64,000 bases of DNA from Savitreella phatthalungensis (Eukaryota): assembly GCA_051599415.1 (NCBI GenBank), contig AP039690.1:62001-126000 (forward strand). Direction: 5' to 3'. Shown here piece after piece: positions 1-10,122 of the stretch (the stretch's first letter is position 1; every line of letters starts with the position of its first letter). The notes below the pieces were generated by a model. It was not told the DNA's origin, did not search any database, and saw only the letters and a list, made by a program, of their open reading frames with translations. The translations under genes and the position numbers were made by a program.

Positions 1-1079
1 GTTCCCGTGCCATCGTCTGTGAGATCTGTGAAGATCAAGCCGACGCGCTCGAGGCCGCAGGCTTTAGCGACCTTTTCAACGCGTGCTTCTTCCTCGAAAT
101 GTCTGAGCTCTAGACCATCAGCGTGATCGACTTGCGGTGGCTCGTAGATTGCTTCAACCACAGCCTTCTGCCCAAGAGGCACGAGCTCGTACTGCTCGTA
201 GTATCCGTACATAAACCCGAACCTTTGTGAGCCCGACTTGCGCCAAGCGTTCAGGAATGAGTCAACGACATCCGGTGCGGAGAACTCGACATGATCTACC
301 ATACGATACTCTTGTCTCTGGAGCGTGATTGCTGGTGGCTGACACTTTGAACAGATGCCTTCTGGCCATGGCGCGTGGCCAGACTTGCACAGCGGGTCGA
401 CCGTGACTTCTGGCTCTGAGAGCGGCGGGATAAAAGAGCTATTGTTTTCTGGCTTGTTGGTTGCAGAGTTTATCTTCTTCAGCCAGGCGTGGAATGATGC
501 AAACTTGATCTTGTGTTCTTCCAGATAGCCTGCATCGTATGGCTCGAGTGGCGTGCAGTGGTCGCACATTCCCTTTGGTCCATGTCTGCACATGCGAGAG
601 CGTGGCCGTGGAATCTTGCCAGATTGTCTCTCAAGTGCATCGTCTAGCGGATGCTGCTTGACCGTCTTCCATGCATCACTTTTCCGTGCGTTTCTCGCAG
701 ATGCAGTAGCCGCCAGGGCTGTGGTTGCGGCACTAGACTCGATCGTGACAGCTGCACCACTCAACTTGTTAGCTGATGTCGCAGGCATAGATGGTTTGAG
801 AGGCGTGGCATCGTTATCGGTGGATCTTTGACCCGATTCCGAGAACCTGATGAAGAGCATGTCGCCGTGCTTCATGCCGGCTGCTGCGATTGAACGTCCA
901 TGAAGCGCACTGAAGCTGCCAAACGGTCCTGCAGGCTTATCTGAGACCTCTATAGAGTCACGATCAGCGCCAGGTAATGCAGCGGCGATGGTGTCATGTA
1001 CCAAGCGCAGGTCATCCTCGGGGTTGAAGTTTGCCCTTGATGTGCCGAGACGTGACCTATACCTGAGCGTGACACTCAT
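1..1079 (-). CDS. NPL4: Nuclear protein localization protein 4 (Cdc48-Ufd1-Npl4 cofactor), 5' part; runs off the window start
   Basis: Manual minus-strand translation from ATG 1079: MSVTLRYRSRLGTSR (UBL-like start), CRHGPKGMCDHCTPLEPYD, HAPWPEGICSKCQPPAITLQRQEYRMVDHVEF, all zf-NPL4 motifs. Absent from the ORF track because no stop lies in the window. Confidence 0.93.
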   Translation of the reverse strand, partial: MSVTLRYRSRLGTSRANFNPEDDLRLVHDTIAAALPGADRDSIEVSDKPAGPFGSFSALHGRSIAAAGMKHGDMLFIRFSESGQRSTDNDATPLKPSMPATSANKLSGAAVTIESSAATTALAATASARNARKSDAWKTVKQHPLDDALERQSGKIPRPRSRMCRHGPKGMCDHCTPLEPYDAGYLEEHKIKFASFHAWLKKINSATNKPENNSSFIPPLSEPEVTVDPLCKSGHAPWPEGICSKCQPPAITLQRQEYRMVDHVEFSAPDVVDSFLNAWRKSGSQRFGFMYGYYEQYELVPLGQKAVVEAIYEPPQVDHADGLELRHFEEEARVEKVAKACGLERVGLIFTDLTDDGTG

Positions 1080-1491
1080 GACCAGCAACTGACAGGCCTC
1101 TCGAGCACCTGGAGCACAAGAATTTCTAAGCACTGATGCCTAGTAGGATATGCCTAGAGATAATAATGGTTGTCCTGTTGACGCGCGGCTTTGACTTTGA
1201 CTTTGGTGTCAACGATGGGATAGTTGTGTATTGTGAATAGAATATTGTTGGAAGTCGTGCGTCATCGTGCATCCACCAAAATAACTTGATGAATGCACAC
1301 CAAAATAGAAAATGCCAAATCACTTTTATCATCCTTCATCATCATCCATCATCCATCCTCATCCATCCATCATCCGACAACAAACGTTCATAGAAGTCAT
1401 CTCCCTTGATTCTAGCATTGACGATCTTGCAGTCAATGGGTTCTTCTTACTCCATGCTTCTGCTTTCTTACTCGCAGTGTCTCTCTCAAGT

Positions 1492-1974
1492 TTAGACTAG
1501 ACTACTCTCGTCATCACTGTCACTAACTGTCTCTGCAGACTTGTATTCTCCAGTCTTGACTTTCTTTTCCTTTTTCCCTCCCTCGGCTGTCTGTCCTGCA
1601 CGCTTATCTTCCTTGCTGGTCTTCTCTGATAGCTGAGTCACCGTGTCATCAACCTCATTGAACACTTTCTTGAGCATATTCCACTGCTCCAACGGTAGTG
1701 AGATGCCCTTCTTCCCAGGTCTCAGCTCTCCAGAGGCTTTGTCTGTGTAGTACTCCCGGATGGACACCATGGCTCGGTTCTGATAGGTCTGCACGCTGTC
1801 ACCAGTCAGTGTCATGCTCAATGGAAAATCACGAAGTGCATTGGGCAAGGATGACACTCACGTTATACGCCGCGTACTGCTCAGTTGCCAGTATGTCTCG
1901 CCTGCTTCCTCATTCGTCTGTTTCGTACCCAGCTGCCCAGCACTAGAGGCCTGATCCGCCTTTCGCTTCGACAT
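1492..1974 (-). CDS. SUB1: Transcriptional coactivator PC4/Sub1 ssDNA-binding protein; intron 1796-1861
   Basis: Exon 1 ends YWQLSSTRRIT; 66-nt intron GTGAGT...CTGAC...ACAG; exon 2 VQTYQNRAMVSIREYY...PGKKGISLPLEQW is the PC4 domain. Confidence 0.9.
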
Positions 1975-2164
1975 AGTTGCTTTATGCTCTCCTTTGACTG
2001 CCCAAATGTCTTGAGAATGGTGGATTGTTGTCCTGTGAACGCATGTCTGCTTGTGACGGCCACGGAGAATCGGATGCACGTTACTACATGTCAGGATATG
2101 TGTGTTGATGGAGGCGATCGGATGCTTATCTCTAAAGCTAGAAACTCCAGCTAGCTTCTCTTCT

Positions 2165-2521
2165 CTAGTCAGAATCGTCCACTACAGATGCTTCATCGTC
2201 AGATCCTTCCTCGAGCTTAAGCTTCTGCAGCTGCTTCCTCCCTCTCTTCGTTGGACTGCCTTCATTGGTGACACTGGCTGATGGAAGACCAGTCTGAGTA
2301 GCATTTCGCTTCTTCGGAGCAGATGGAGAACTGCCATTTCCCGTCTTCTTTGCATCCGCCTCACTTGCGAGTTTCTTGAGCTTCTTGATGTGCTCCTGCA
2401 CTGCACGAGGTGTACAGTCGTCTCCCACGGCCTCTGCCATCTTGGCAAAGTCTGTGGCCTTGCAGTCGCGGATGAGGAACAGGAGAATCTTTCGGTCTTG
2501 CTCGGCCGTCCAAGCTACCAT
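2165..2521 (-). CDS. Small fungal protein with Myb/SANT-like N-terminus and basic/acidic tail
   Basis: WTAEQDRKILL...DFAKMAEAVG...TPRAVQEHIKKLKK resembles a fungal Myb-like helical domain; the tail has SPTKRGRK. Confidence 0.7.
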   Translation of the reverse strand: MVAWTAEQDRKILLFLIRDCKATDFAKMAEAVGDDCTPRAVQEHIKKLKKLASEADAKKTGNGSSPSAPKKRNATQTGLPSASVTNEGSPTKRGRKQLQKLKLEEGSDDEASVVDDSD

Positions 2522-2839
2522 CTCTCTGATGACAGCTGAGTCGAGACGAATACCTTTCTGTACGTCGTCTGCGATAGAGCGAACGTTGTCATGATCTGCC
2601 AGATTTCTTAAGCGCAGACGTCGATAGCCGCGTGACCATCGTCTCGGAAATGTCGCAGCTTGACAACGTGACGTGCAAATGACACCGGAAAAGATATATA
2701 GGCCGCCATTTTGACAAGTTGTTGTACAACAAACTGGATGTCCTGGATTGATGACCTATGGACAGCTCTCTGACTCATAAGGCAGGATGCACTCATAAGA
2801 CAGGATGCATAGTCTCCGTCGCCTGCACTCCTCGTTCGC

Positions 2840-3736
2840 ATGTCGAGTAAACGCCGATCTGTGAGGGACTTGTTCCGTCGCAGCTCGTCTGGCAACATTC
2901 TGAAAGTGCAGCCTCACGAAGATGAGCAGCTCAGGCTCCTGCAAGAATCTCTCGACAACACGCGGATGCCGTTGACACCAACGCAGTCGCCGGACGAGGC
3001 AGTCCATCAGATCCCAACCCTGAACGTTACCTCAGAGCTTTCGGAGGAGCTTGAGATCGAGGCGCCTAAGATCACGATTGCTTCGCCGCCGGCGAGCCCA
3101 CCTGCAAGTGCTGGTGCCGACGCCACTGCTGATACATTAAGAAGTCCTGCACCACGTCCGCCTGCTGAGGCGCGGCCACAGGTGCGAGAAATCACGCCGC
3201 CGGAGCAGGACAAGCCTGCAAAGCAAGTCTCCAAAAAGGCCCTTCGAGCCCGAATTGAAGTGCTTCGCGGTCGACTGAATTTGCGAATCCACAGAAGCAA
3301 GGAGCGCAGGCGTGTCAAGATTGCTCGATTTCGAGAACGCGTTCGGATTGCGCGCGTCGCGAGAGCTGGAGGCAAATTGCCTGCATCATTCAGTGGCTCT
3401 CGACGGGCGATCAACTTCAGCCTGCCTTGTAGGACCGCTCGATGCTATCGCGATCAGAGACCTCTCGCAATGGGATCGATGGCGAATGGCGATCTGCTGA
3501 CGCTCAAAGCATTGCCTTCTGATTTGGCAAGCAGTGAATACTCGCAGGAAGGTGATCATGATGAGCTTTCTGACTTGGATGAAAAGATGCGTCTTGTGGC
3601 GTTGAAAGTGGACGTGTGCTTATCGATCCTGTCTCGAGACGTCGTGGCCGAAGCGAAACGCATGGTTCAGCTAAAGTCCGCGAATGGGAGCTCTTCCGAC
3701 GCCAAAAGGGTGTCAAAGCCGTCGCTCGAAAAGTAA
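2840..3736 (+). CDS. Hypothetical protein (Pro-rich N-half, basic helical centre)
   Basis: 298-aa ATG-initiated ORF filling the gap between neighbours; no family recognised. Confidence 0.65.
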   Translation: MSSKRRSVRDLFRRSSSGNILKVQPHEDEQLRLLQESLDNTRMPLTPTQSPDEAVHQIPTLNVTSELSEELEIEAPKITIASPPASPPASAGADATADTLRSPAPRPPAEARPQVREITPPEQDKPAKQVSKKALRARIEVLRGRLNLRIHRSKERRRVKIARFRERVRIARVARAGGKLPASFSGSRRAINFSLPCRTARCYRDQRPLAMGSMANGDLLTLKALPSDLASSEYSQEGDHDELSDLDEKMRLVALKVDVCLSILSRDVVAEAKRMVQLKSANGSSSDAKRVSKPSLEK

Positions 3737-3765
3737 GTCGAGATTCATAAAACAGCCGTTCCCAC

Positions 3766-5010
3766 TCATGATTTCCCATTCTCCTTCTCTGGCATCGCTT
3801 TGTGTTGTGCTTCCCGAGCTAGGCGTCGTTGCTCTCGATGCAAGTCTTTGCCTGCGCGTATAGCATCTAGTTCCTCTTTCGTCTTCTTTCGCATCAGTCC
3901 GAGGTTTGAAGACCTGGTGGGAGCGATGGCATCGACATGGACCGTGGCGAATGTGTTGAGCTTGGTCGCAATCTCGCCGGACGAGACGTTTTCCAGATCA
4001 CCGTCTGTCACCGAGAACACCTCGAAAGGCCGGTCTACACCTTCGACCTCCCTGGTATCCAAAGCCACGATAACGAGCTTGCCATCACAGGCGATATCAA
4101 TGTCGAGTGGCGGTGCAGCCATATCGAAAGGCTTGACGTTTGTAATTTGCGTGCAGTCGTCTGCAATGTTCACGAGAAACAGGCTAGGGACATCGTCTGC
4201 GATCAGGATCAACTGCTTTCGTCCTGGAAGCTCGACGACTTTGGCAGTGGCCAATGAAGTCCCTGCTTCCGCTGCCGCGCTCACCATGGGAGACAGATCC
4301 AGTCGACCGGCCTCCTTGCCTTCCTCCCACACCCACACGATCGCAAACTCGTCAGCGCCGAAGGAAACAAGCAAGTCTCTTCGCCAGCCTGGTACCCACA
4401 AGCTCGACACGAATTTGGTATGTCCCAAGAGGAAATGCTCGATGACGTGGGCTTGTGGATAGCGTGAGACGCGAACGTGCTCGTCTCGGTCGGCTGTGAC
4501 GATATAGTGCCTGCGTGGGTGTGTGGAGGATCGGAGCATCTTGAGCTGCGAGATGATCGAGACATGACCCAGCAACGGCGTCTCCGAGGACTCCTCTTCG
4601 TCCTGCTCCTGCTCGCCAGCTTGGGCATCTACTTCTGTGGCATCCTCCTTCGTCATGTCGTACGTGTACACATCGCCAAAGCGATCGCCCACAGCGATGA
4701 TATCGCCGGCGATTGTGATACAACTTGCCCGCTTGTGCAGATCCTTTGTGAGGATGTCTCCTGTGCTGGCCCTGTATATCCGGAGCTTCTTGTCATCGCA
4801 GCACGTCACACACACGCTGGCGGTGCACGCCATCTCCATAGCATGTCTGTTGGTGACTCGGTTCCGTTGCTCGACCTCGTTCAGGGGCTCCGGCCTGTAA
4901 AGCGTGCTTCCCTCGCCGGAGAACAGGTCAAATTTCGACAGCGTGCCATACACATCGAGATACAGCGTGCTTCCCGTAGCTGCAATTCTCTGAGCAGGTT
5001 GCAGCGGCAT
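3766..5010 (-). CDS. TRM82: tRNA (guanine-N7)-methyltransferase non-catalytic WD40 subunit
   Basis: GDRFGDVY, LLGHVSII, IVTADRDEHVRVSRYP, FLLGHTKFVS motifs. Confidence 0.93.
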   Translation of the reverse strand: MPLQPAQRIAATGSTLYLDVYGTLSKFDLFSGEGSTLYRPEPLNEVEQRNRVTNRHAMEMACTASVCVTCCDDKKLRIYRASTGDILTKDLHKRASCITIAGDIIAVGDRFGDVYTYDMTKEDATEVDAQAGEQEQDEEESSETPLLGHVSIISQLKMLRSSTHPRRHYIVTADRDEHVRVSRYPQAHVIEHFLLGHTKFVSSLWVPGWRRDLLVSFGADEFAIVWVWEEGKEAGRLDLSPMVSAAAEAGTSLATAKVVELPGRKQLILIADDVPSLFLVNIADDCTQITNVKPFDMAAPPLDIDIACDGKLVIVALDTREVEGVDRPFEVFSVTDGDLENVSSGEIATKLNTFATVHVDAIAPTRSSNLGLMRKKTKEELDAIRAGKDLHREQRRLAREAQHKAMPEKENGKS

Positions 5011-5281
5011 CTGGCTATCACTAGAGCCCTTAACAAACCCTGGCCAGGTCGTTGCGCGGGTGGAGAGGGTCTTTTGACGACGACATAGGTACGAGTTGAA
5101 GTACGTGTGTGCAATAAGCCATGCAGAATTTCCTCATTGAGCGATTGATTGATCGGGTGAATCAATCACAGCGACATAGACAAGCATCAGGCACAGAAAT
5201 GATACAACGACGACGACGACGTCAGTCACTCTTGACCATAGCCATAAAGTGATCTACGACTCTTTCTAGCTGCTAGTCAAG

Positions 5282-6187
5282 ATGCGTCAGAAGCGTACGA
5301 AGGCGTACAAGAAGCTGATGGACATGTACCAGCGTCACTTTGGATTCAGACCTCCATTTCAGGTGCTTTACACTGGAGACTTCATCGACGAGTGCCTTGC
5401 GCACAAGATGGATCCTATCGCTGGTGTGACGCGGACGCTGGTACAGACGGCTTCGTCGTGCAAGGGTCTGATTTCGCAGTGCTGCATCAAGACGCTGTAC
5501 GATGGGAAGGATGAAGCGGCGATCGGGACTGCTAAGAAGCTTGAACGGCGTCGGTGTGGACACATTGAGCGTGCTGAGGAAGCTGACGCTTGCGTGCTTG
5601 AATGTGTTGGCTCGCGCAACAAGAATCGGTACGTGGTCGCGACGCAGGATCGTGCATTGCGTGCTCAGCTTCGCGATATCCCAGGCGTGCCCCTCATCTA
5701 CCTGAACAGGAGCGTCCTCGTGATGGAGCCGCCCTCCCCGGCAACCACCGTTGTCAAGGAACAGCGCGAGAACGCAGCAAGAGGTATTACGAGCGAGGAG
5801 AAATCGTTGATCAAGGGCACCAAACGCCGGCGTGCCGACGATGGGGCCGAAGCAGGAGGTGTCGACGATGGGGAGAAGAGGGCTTCAGATATTGGAAACA
5901 ACGGAGGCGATCCACCGAAGAAGCGGAAACGCAAAGGACCTCCAGGGCCTAACCCGCTATCGGTGAAGAAGAAGAAGGCTGCGCCTCCGCAGAAGAAAAG
6001 CGAGGCTGCGGTGGCAAAGCCTGTAGAGTCTGCACCGTCGAAGAGCGATCGGGGTGACGATGTTGTTGCTGCTGCGGCGCTGACGGAAACGACAGCCCGG
6101 TCACGACGGAAACGTCGTCACCGCAAGACTTCCACAGCAACGCCCGCACACAACGCGACACCTGGCAATGATCACGACTCCGGCTGA
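5282..6187 (+). CDS. UTP23: rRNA-processing protein Utp23 (Fcf1/PIN family)
   Basis: MRQKRTKAYKKLM...FGFRPPFQVL, ERRRCGH, RYVVATQD, PGVPLIY, GPNPLSVKKKK. Confidence 0.95.
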   Translation: MRQKRTKAYKKLMDMYQRHFGFRPPFQVLYTGDFIDECLAHKMDPIAGVTRTLVQTASSCKGLISQCCIKTLYDGKDEAAIGTAKKLERRRCGHIERAEEADACVLECVGSRNKNRYVVATQDRALRAQLRDIPGVPLIYLNRSVLVMEPPSPATTVVKEQRENAARGITSEEKSLIKGTKRRRADDGAEAGGVDDGEKRASDIGNNGGDPPKKRKRKGPPGPNPLSVKKKKAAPPQKKSEAAVAKPVESAPSKSDRGDDVVAAAALTETTARSRRKRRHRKTSTATPAHNATPGNDHDSG

Positions 6188-6352
6188 CCTTGTAAATGTC
6201 TAGGTTCAGTATGTATTTCATGTATGCCTCCCGTATCCTATGTCTGTGTGCAGGGGTCTCCTCACGTAAATGTCTGGTCGTATCCTCGCTCTATATCTCA
6301 TATCGTCTCGTGGGTAAGTGTGCAATGTACAGTGCCGGGCATGCCAGCTACT

Positions 6353-6363
6353 CGCGCGCGCGC

Positions 6364-6438
<75 letters not shown>
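6353..6438. repeat. (CG)7(TG)35 alternating purine-pyrimidine microsatellite
   Basis: Read directly; lies between the convergent UTP23 and histidine kinase 3' ends. Confidence 0.97.
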
Positions 6439-6439
<1 letters not shown>

Positions 6440-6447
6440 TGTGTGTG

Positions 6448-9400
6448 TCAATTGTCGTAGGCATAGGTGCTTTCTGGCGAGAGCTCGACATATGGTGTTG
6501 GGAGAACCTCGCTGACTTTCTTGAAAGCTGGCTGTGGTAAAGGTATTCGCAACTCGGGCTTTTTGCTCCTGCCCGGAGACGAGGGGGCCGGCGATTCAAT
6601 CGATCGCTGCGGTCCCGAATACTCTGCTATTGTTGGTGGAAGCTTGGTTGATGGCACTTCCGGATGATACTCCCTGTCCGGTGAGCTTGCACCAGACTCG
6701 TCATCGCTCCCGTGGTGCATCCACCGCCGCATCTTGTCGACTAGGTCTGCAATCCGGAATGGTTTTGAGACGGCGTCGTCGAATCCTGCCTGCAGCATCT
6801 CTTGTACTTGTTCTTGGCGGGCATTGGCGGTGACCGCGATGAAGGGAACGTGTCCCTTCGAAAGAGCGGCCGCGCGGTCGGCAAGCGGACACTCAAACAA
6901 TTCGTCCTTTGGACTGTCAGTTTCTGGCGTTGATGCCCCGCTCGATCCGTCCGTCGACGGCGTAACAATACCGAGGTGGGTGTCCTGAGCTTTCTTGCGC
7001 GCGCTCACGACCGGAGGCGTGATGCCCTGCTCGAGGGCTCGCACTTCCCGAATACAGTCCAACCCGCCGAGCACCGGCATCTCAATGTCGCACAGGCACA
7101 AATCGATCTCTCCGTTCTCCCCGCCTTGACGATCCTTGACCAACAGGTCAACGGCCTCTTTGCCATTGTTTGCAACGAGCGTGCGGAAGCCAGCCTGCTT
7201 GAGCTGCTTGCAGAGAATTCGCTGATTAATCAGGTTATCCTCAGCGAGCAAGATCAACGGGGATCGCTCTGGCTGCGTATCCGCCTGAGGGAGTTTGAGA
7301 TGGCGAGGATTTCGTTGCTCCGGATCAAGTTGTTCGCCAGCGTCCGATACGGCAGCACTCGAGACGTGGCGTTCGAGTGGCGGTCTCAGAACTTCGTTCA
7401 GTGGCGTGCCTGGCCGGGAGTTGTACCTTACCTTGCCTTGGCCAGGTCCAACTCCGGCACCGCACATCACTGTGATCTCGCGTACGTTGCGCTGCCTGAG
7501 CTGCGAGCCCCGGCGAGGCGCTGAACACCGTGGTGCTTTGATGTTGAAGGAGAAAGTCGTGCCCTCGCCTTGCTTCGATGTGACTGAGATTGTGCCCTGC
7601 AACAATGTGACGAGCTGCTTCGAGATGAACAGTCCGAGCCCGGACCCGCCATACAAGACATGCGTCTTGGCTGAGCACTGGAAGAAGCGTTGGAATAGAG
7701 AATCGACCTGCGATTGGCTCATCCCCGGACCGGTGTCCTCGACGTGGAAGACGAGGTAGAGTTCATCGTCGGCAGGCTGCATGTTGGCCGTCACGATCTG
7801 GGAAGCCGAGTTGCCTTTCTTGAAGCTCGGTCTCCGTGTTTCTCTGTGCTGCTGGTGCATGTCCGGATGACGAGAGGCTGCAAGTCTGATGGTGACGACC
7901 CGCTTCTCCATGCGTGAGGTGAACTTGATCGAGTTGGAGACGAGGTTGACGACGATTTGGGTCAGTCTAGATGGGTCGGTCATGACCCAGCTGACGCCGA
8001 GCTGGCGGAAGCTCTCGTCGATCTCGAATCGCATTAGCGTGCCGCTACGCTTGGCTTCAGCGTCAAACATGGACATGACGGATGAGACGACTTGCATTGG
8101 CGACGTCGGCACGTTCGTCGCGATCAAATGACCGCCCTCGAGCTTGCTCAGGTTCAGCGTGTCGTTGATGATGCGCGACATGTGCTGCGCGCAGAGCACG
8201 ATTGTCCTCAGGTCCTCGACGTCGTCATCGGCAAACGTCTGGTCACATCGGTCGGCGTATTGAGGTCCCATGATCTGCTTCGCTTGCTGCTCTCGGTCGA
8301 TCTTCTCCAGCAAGAAGTCTGCGCTCTGAGCGATGGCGCCCAGGGGATTTCGAAGCTCGTGTGCAATCATGTCAATGAACTCAAGCTGCTGCGTACGCAT
8401 CTTGACAGCGTCATCTGCACGGGCAGACTCGATCCGCTGAGCATATTTCTGTGGAGAGACGTTGGTGAAGTGGCCGAAGATGAAACGATTCCCGTGAGAG
8501 TCTTGTTGCGTCGTGGAGGTCGAGAGCGTCCAACGCTCGCTGCCATCTGGATTCGGGGTCTTCCAGCGAGCTTCGTAATCGGTGATGCCCCATTTCCTCA
8601 CCTCTTCCCACCTTCTGATGCCTTCGTCGCGTGAGTCTGGATGAATGTACTCGGTCCAGTCCGGGGCTGGCCGTTCCGATGGTTCGCAATCTGGAAGCGG
8701 CATACCTGTGAGATGGTAGTATGTGTCGTTGATGTAGATGAATCGTTCGCGTTGGAGGTCGTAGATGAAACAGCCGGTCGGGCACGTCTTGATCATGACT
8801 TCGAACCGTTCGCGATATTCGGCCGTCTCCGCCGTACGCTCGGCTAGCTCAGCAAGCAGATCGAGTTGTTGTCTTTTCGCTTCTTTCTGTTCCAGCACAC
8901 GGAAACGCACTACTCGCATCGCTTTGTTGAGCGTTCGGCATGCCTGATGGATGAACTCGACGTTGCGCTCGTCCTCGGCGTCCCATCGTGGGTTTAGTCC
9001 GATGATGTGGACTGCCGCAGCGTCGTCGCCAGCAATGCTCGGCACAAACTGTGGTGTCACCATAACGAATCGTGTCCGTTCTCCGTGGCAACGACCCGCG
9101 CACAATTTCTGCAGAACTCTTGCATCCCGCACAATCTGTGGTTTACGCGTGATGACAGCCTTGCAAATATAGTCTCGCATGGTCAGAGGTTCACCTGCAT
9201 CATTCGAAGTGGGTTCGCTCGTGCAGTACGCGCTCAGTTCCTCCATGGTGATGGTCTCAGGGATGCTTGACTTGCGAACACCATTGGCATTTCGAGTGAT
9301 GTATCCCTCTGGCTCGCTCTGTTCGTCCTTTATCTTGCGCACGTACGCCACAAAGATCGGGAAGATTTCTTTCATGTCGGGCCTGGAGATGATATCGTCA

Positions 9401-10122
9401 GCTTTGGCTAACCACTGCTCGCGCGTGTTGACGCCGTTGCTGATGAGCTCGAGCTCAACGATGGCTTTTTCACGCATCGATGCGTGGACGCTTGGCGTGA
9501 CATCGTGGACGTAGAATACAAGGCCTCCTGTGCTGCCATCGAATTCAAGGATCGGCATCGCATGATAGGTGGTGAAGAACGACTGCTTCCATTCGTGGAG
9601 TGGGTCACCTTTGTTTCGGGTGACCACGTGTTCGCGCTTGTCCATGGACATTCCCTGACCAGCCGCCATCAGCTCTCGGAGTTCCTGCTGCCGTTCCTCA
9701 GGGTCGTCGATAAGGTCACCCCAGACGTCCTGCCAAGTCGAGCCTAAACTGCCAGGATGCTGGCCGGCACCGATTGTGGAAGCGAACGCTGAGTTGTAGA
9801 TGTGCACCAATTGAGGTCCCCAGAAGATGAGACAAGGGAACCTGGCGTGCATACACTGGTGTACAACTGTACGCAGACACGGGGGCCAGAGCTCGATTGG
9901 ACTCATCCCGGGCCGCGAAGCCCAATCTATCGAGACGAGAGATTCATAGATCTCCCTGTCTCCAGCTGAGCAGGGCTCTCTTGGCTTCAAAAGTGCTGGC
10001 CAGGCTGCCGCACTGCGCGGCGACAACGGCGGCCGGACACCTTGTCTGCTAGAGCGGTGGAGCTCGCCATTGCTCTCACCTTGTGCATCGCTCGGTAGCT
10101 CAAGGCTCGGAATCTGGCGCAT
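6448..10122 (-). CDS. Hybrid sensor histidine kinase (PAS/GAF-like N-terminus, PAS, HisKA, HATPase_c, receiver)
   Basis: H-box FIDMIAHELRNPL, N-box QIVVNLVSNSIKFT, G1 VEDTGPGM, G2 GGSGLGLFIS; receiver LLAEDN, LCDIEMP, VTAN, SKPF. First ATG is 10122 (the track starts at a TTG). Confidence 0.95.
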   Translation of the reverse strand: MRQIPSLELPSDAQGESNGELHRSSRQGVRPPLSPRSAAAWPALLKPREPCSAGDREIYESLVSIDWASRPGMSPIELWPPCLRTVVHQCMHARFPCLIFWGPQLVHIYNSAFASTIGAGQHPGSLGSTWQDVWGDLIDDPEERQQELRELMAAGQGMSMDKREHVVTRNKGDPLHEWKQSFFTTYHAMPILEFDGSTGGLVFYVHDVTPSVHASMREKAIVELELISNGVNTREQWLAKADDIISRPDMKEIFPIFVAYVRKIKDEQSEPEGYITRNANGVRKSSIPETITMEELSAYCTSEPTSNDAGEPLTMRDYICKAVITRKPQIVRDARVLQKLCAGRCHGERTRFVMVTPQFVPSIAGDDAAAVHIIGLNPRWDAEDERNVEFIHQACRTLNKAMRVVRFRVLEQKEAKRQQLDLLAELAERTAETAEYRERFEVMIKTCPTGCFIYDLQRERFIYINDTYYHLTGMPLPDCEPSERPAPDWTEYIHPDSRDEGIRRWEEVRKWGITDYEARWKTPNPDGSERWTLSTSTTQQDSHGNRFIFGHFTNVSPQKYAQRIESARADDAVKMRTQQLEFIDMIAHELRNPLGAIAQSADFLLEKIDREQQAKQIMGPQYADRCDQTFADDDVEDLRTIVLCAQHMSRIINDTLNLSKLEGGHLIATNVPTSPMQVVSSVMSMFDAEAKRSGTLMRFEIDESFRQLGVSWVMTDPSRLTQIVVNLVSNSIKFTSRMEKRVVTIRLAASRHPDMHQQHRETRRPSFKKGNSASQIVTANMQPADDELYLVFHVEDTGPGMSQSQVDSLFQRFFQCSAKTHVLYGGSGLGLFISKQLVTLLQGTISVTSKQGEGTTFSFNIKAPRCSAPRRGSQLRQRNVREITVMCGAGVGPGQGKVRYNSRPGTPLNEVLRPPLERHVSSAAVSDAGEQLDPEQRNPRHLKLPQADTQPERSPLILLAEDNLINQRILCKQLKQAGFRTLVANNGKEAVDLLVKDRQGGENGEIDLCLCDIEMPVLGGLDCIREVRALEQGITPPVVSARKKAQDTHLGIVTPSTDGSSGASTPETDSPKDELFECPLADRAAALSKGHVPFIAVTANARQEQVQEMLQAGFDDAVSKPFRIADLVDKMRRWMHHGSDDESGASSPDREYHPEVPSTKLPPTIAEYSGPQRSIESPAPSSPGRSKKPELRIPLPQPAFKKVSEVLPTPYVELSPESTYAYDN

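Noticed and set aside
6196..6599. ORFs with CVCV/HTHT runs (also 19781-20805 and 63255-63524)
   Set aside because: Translations of microsatellites.
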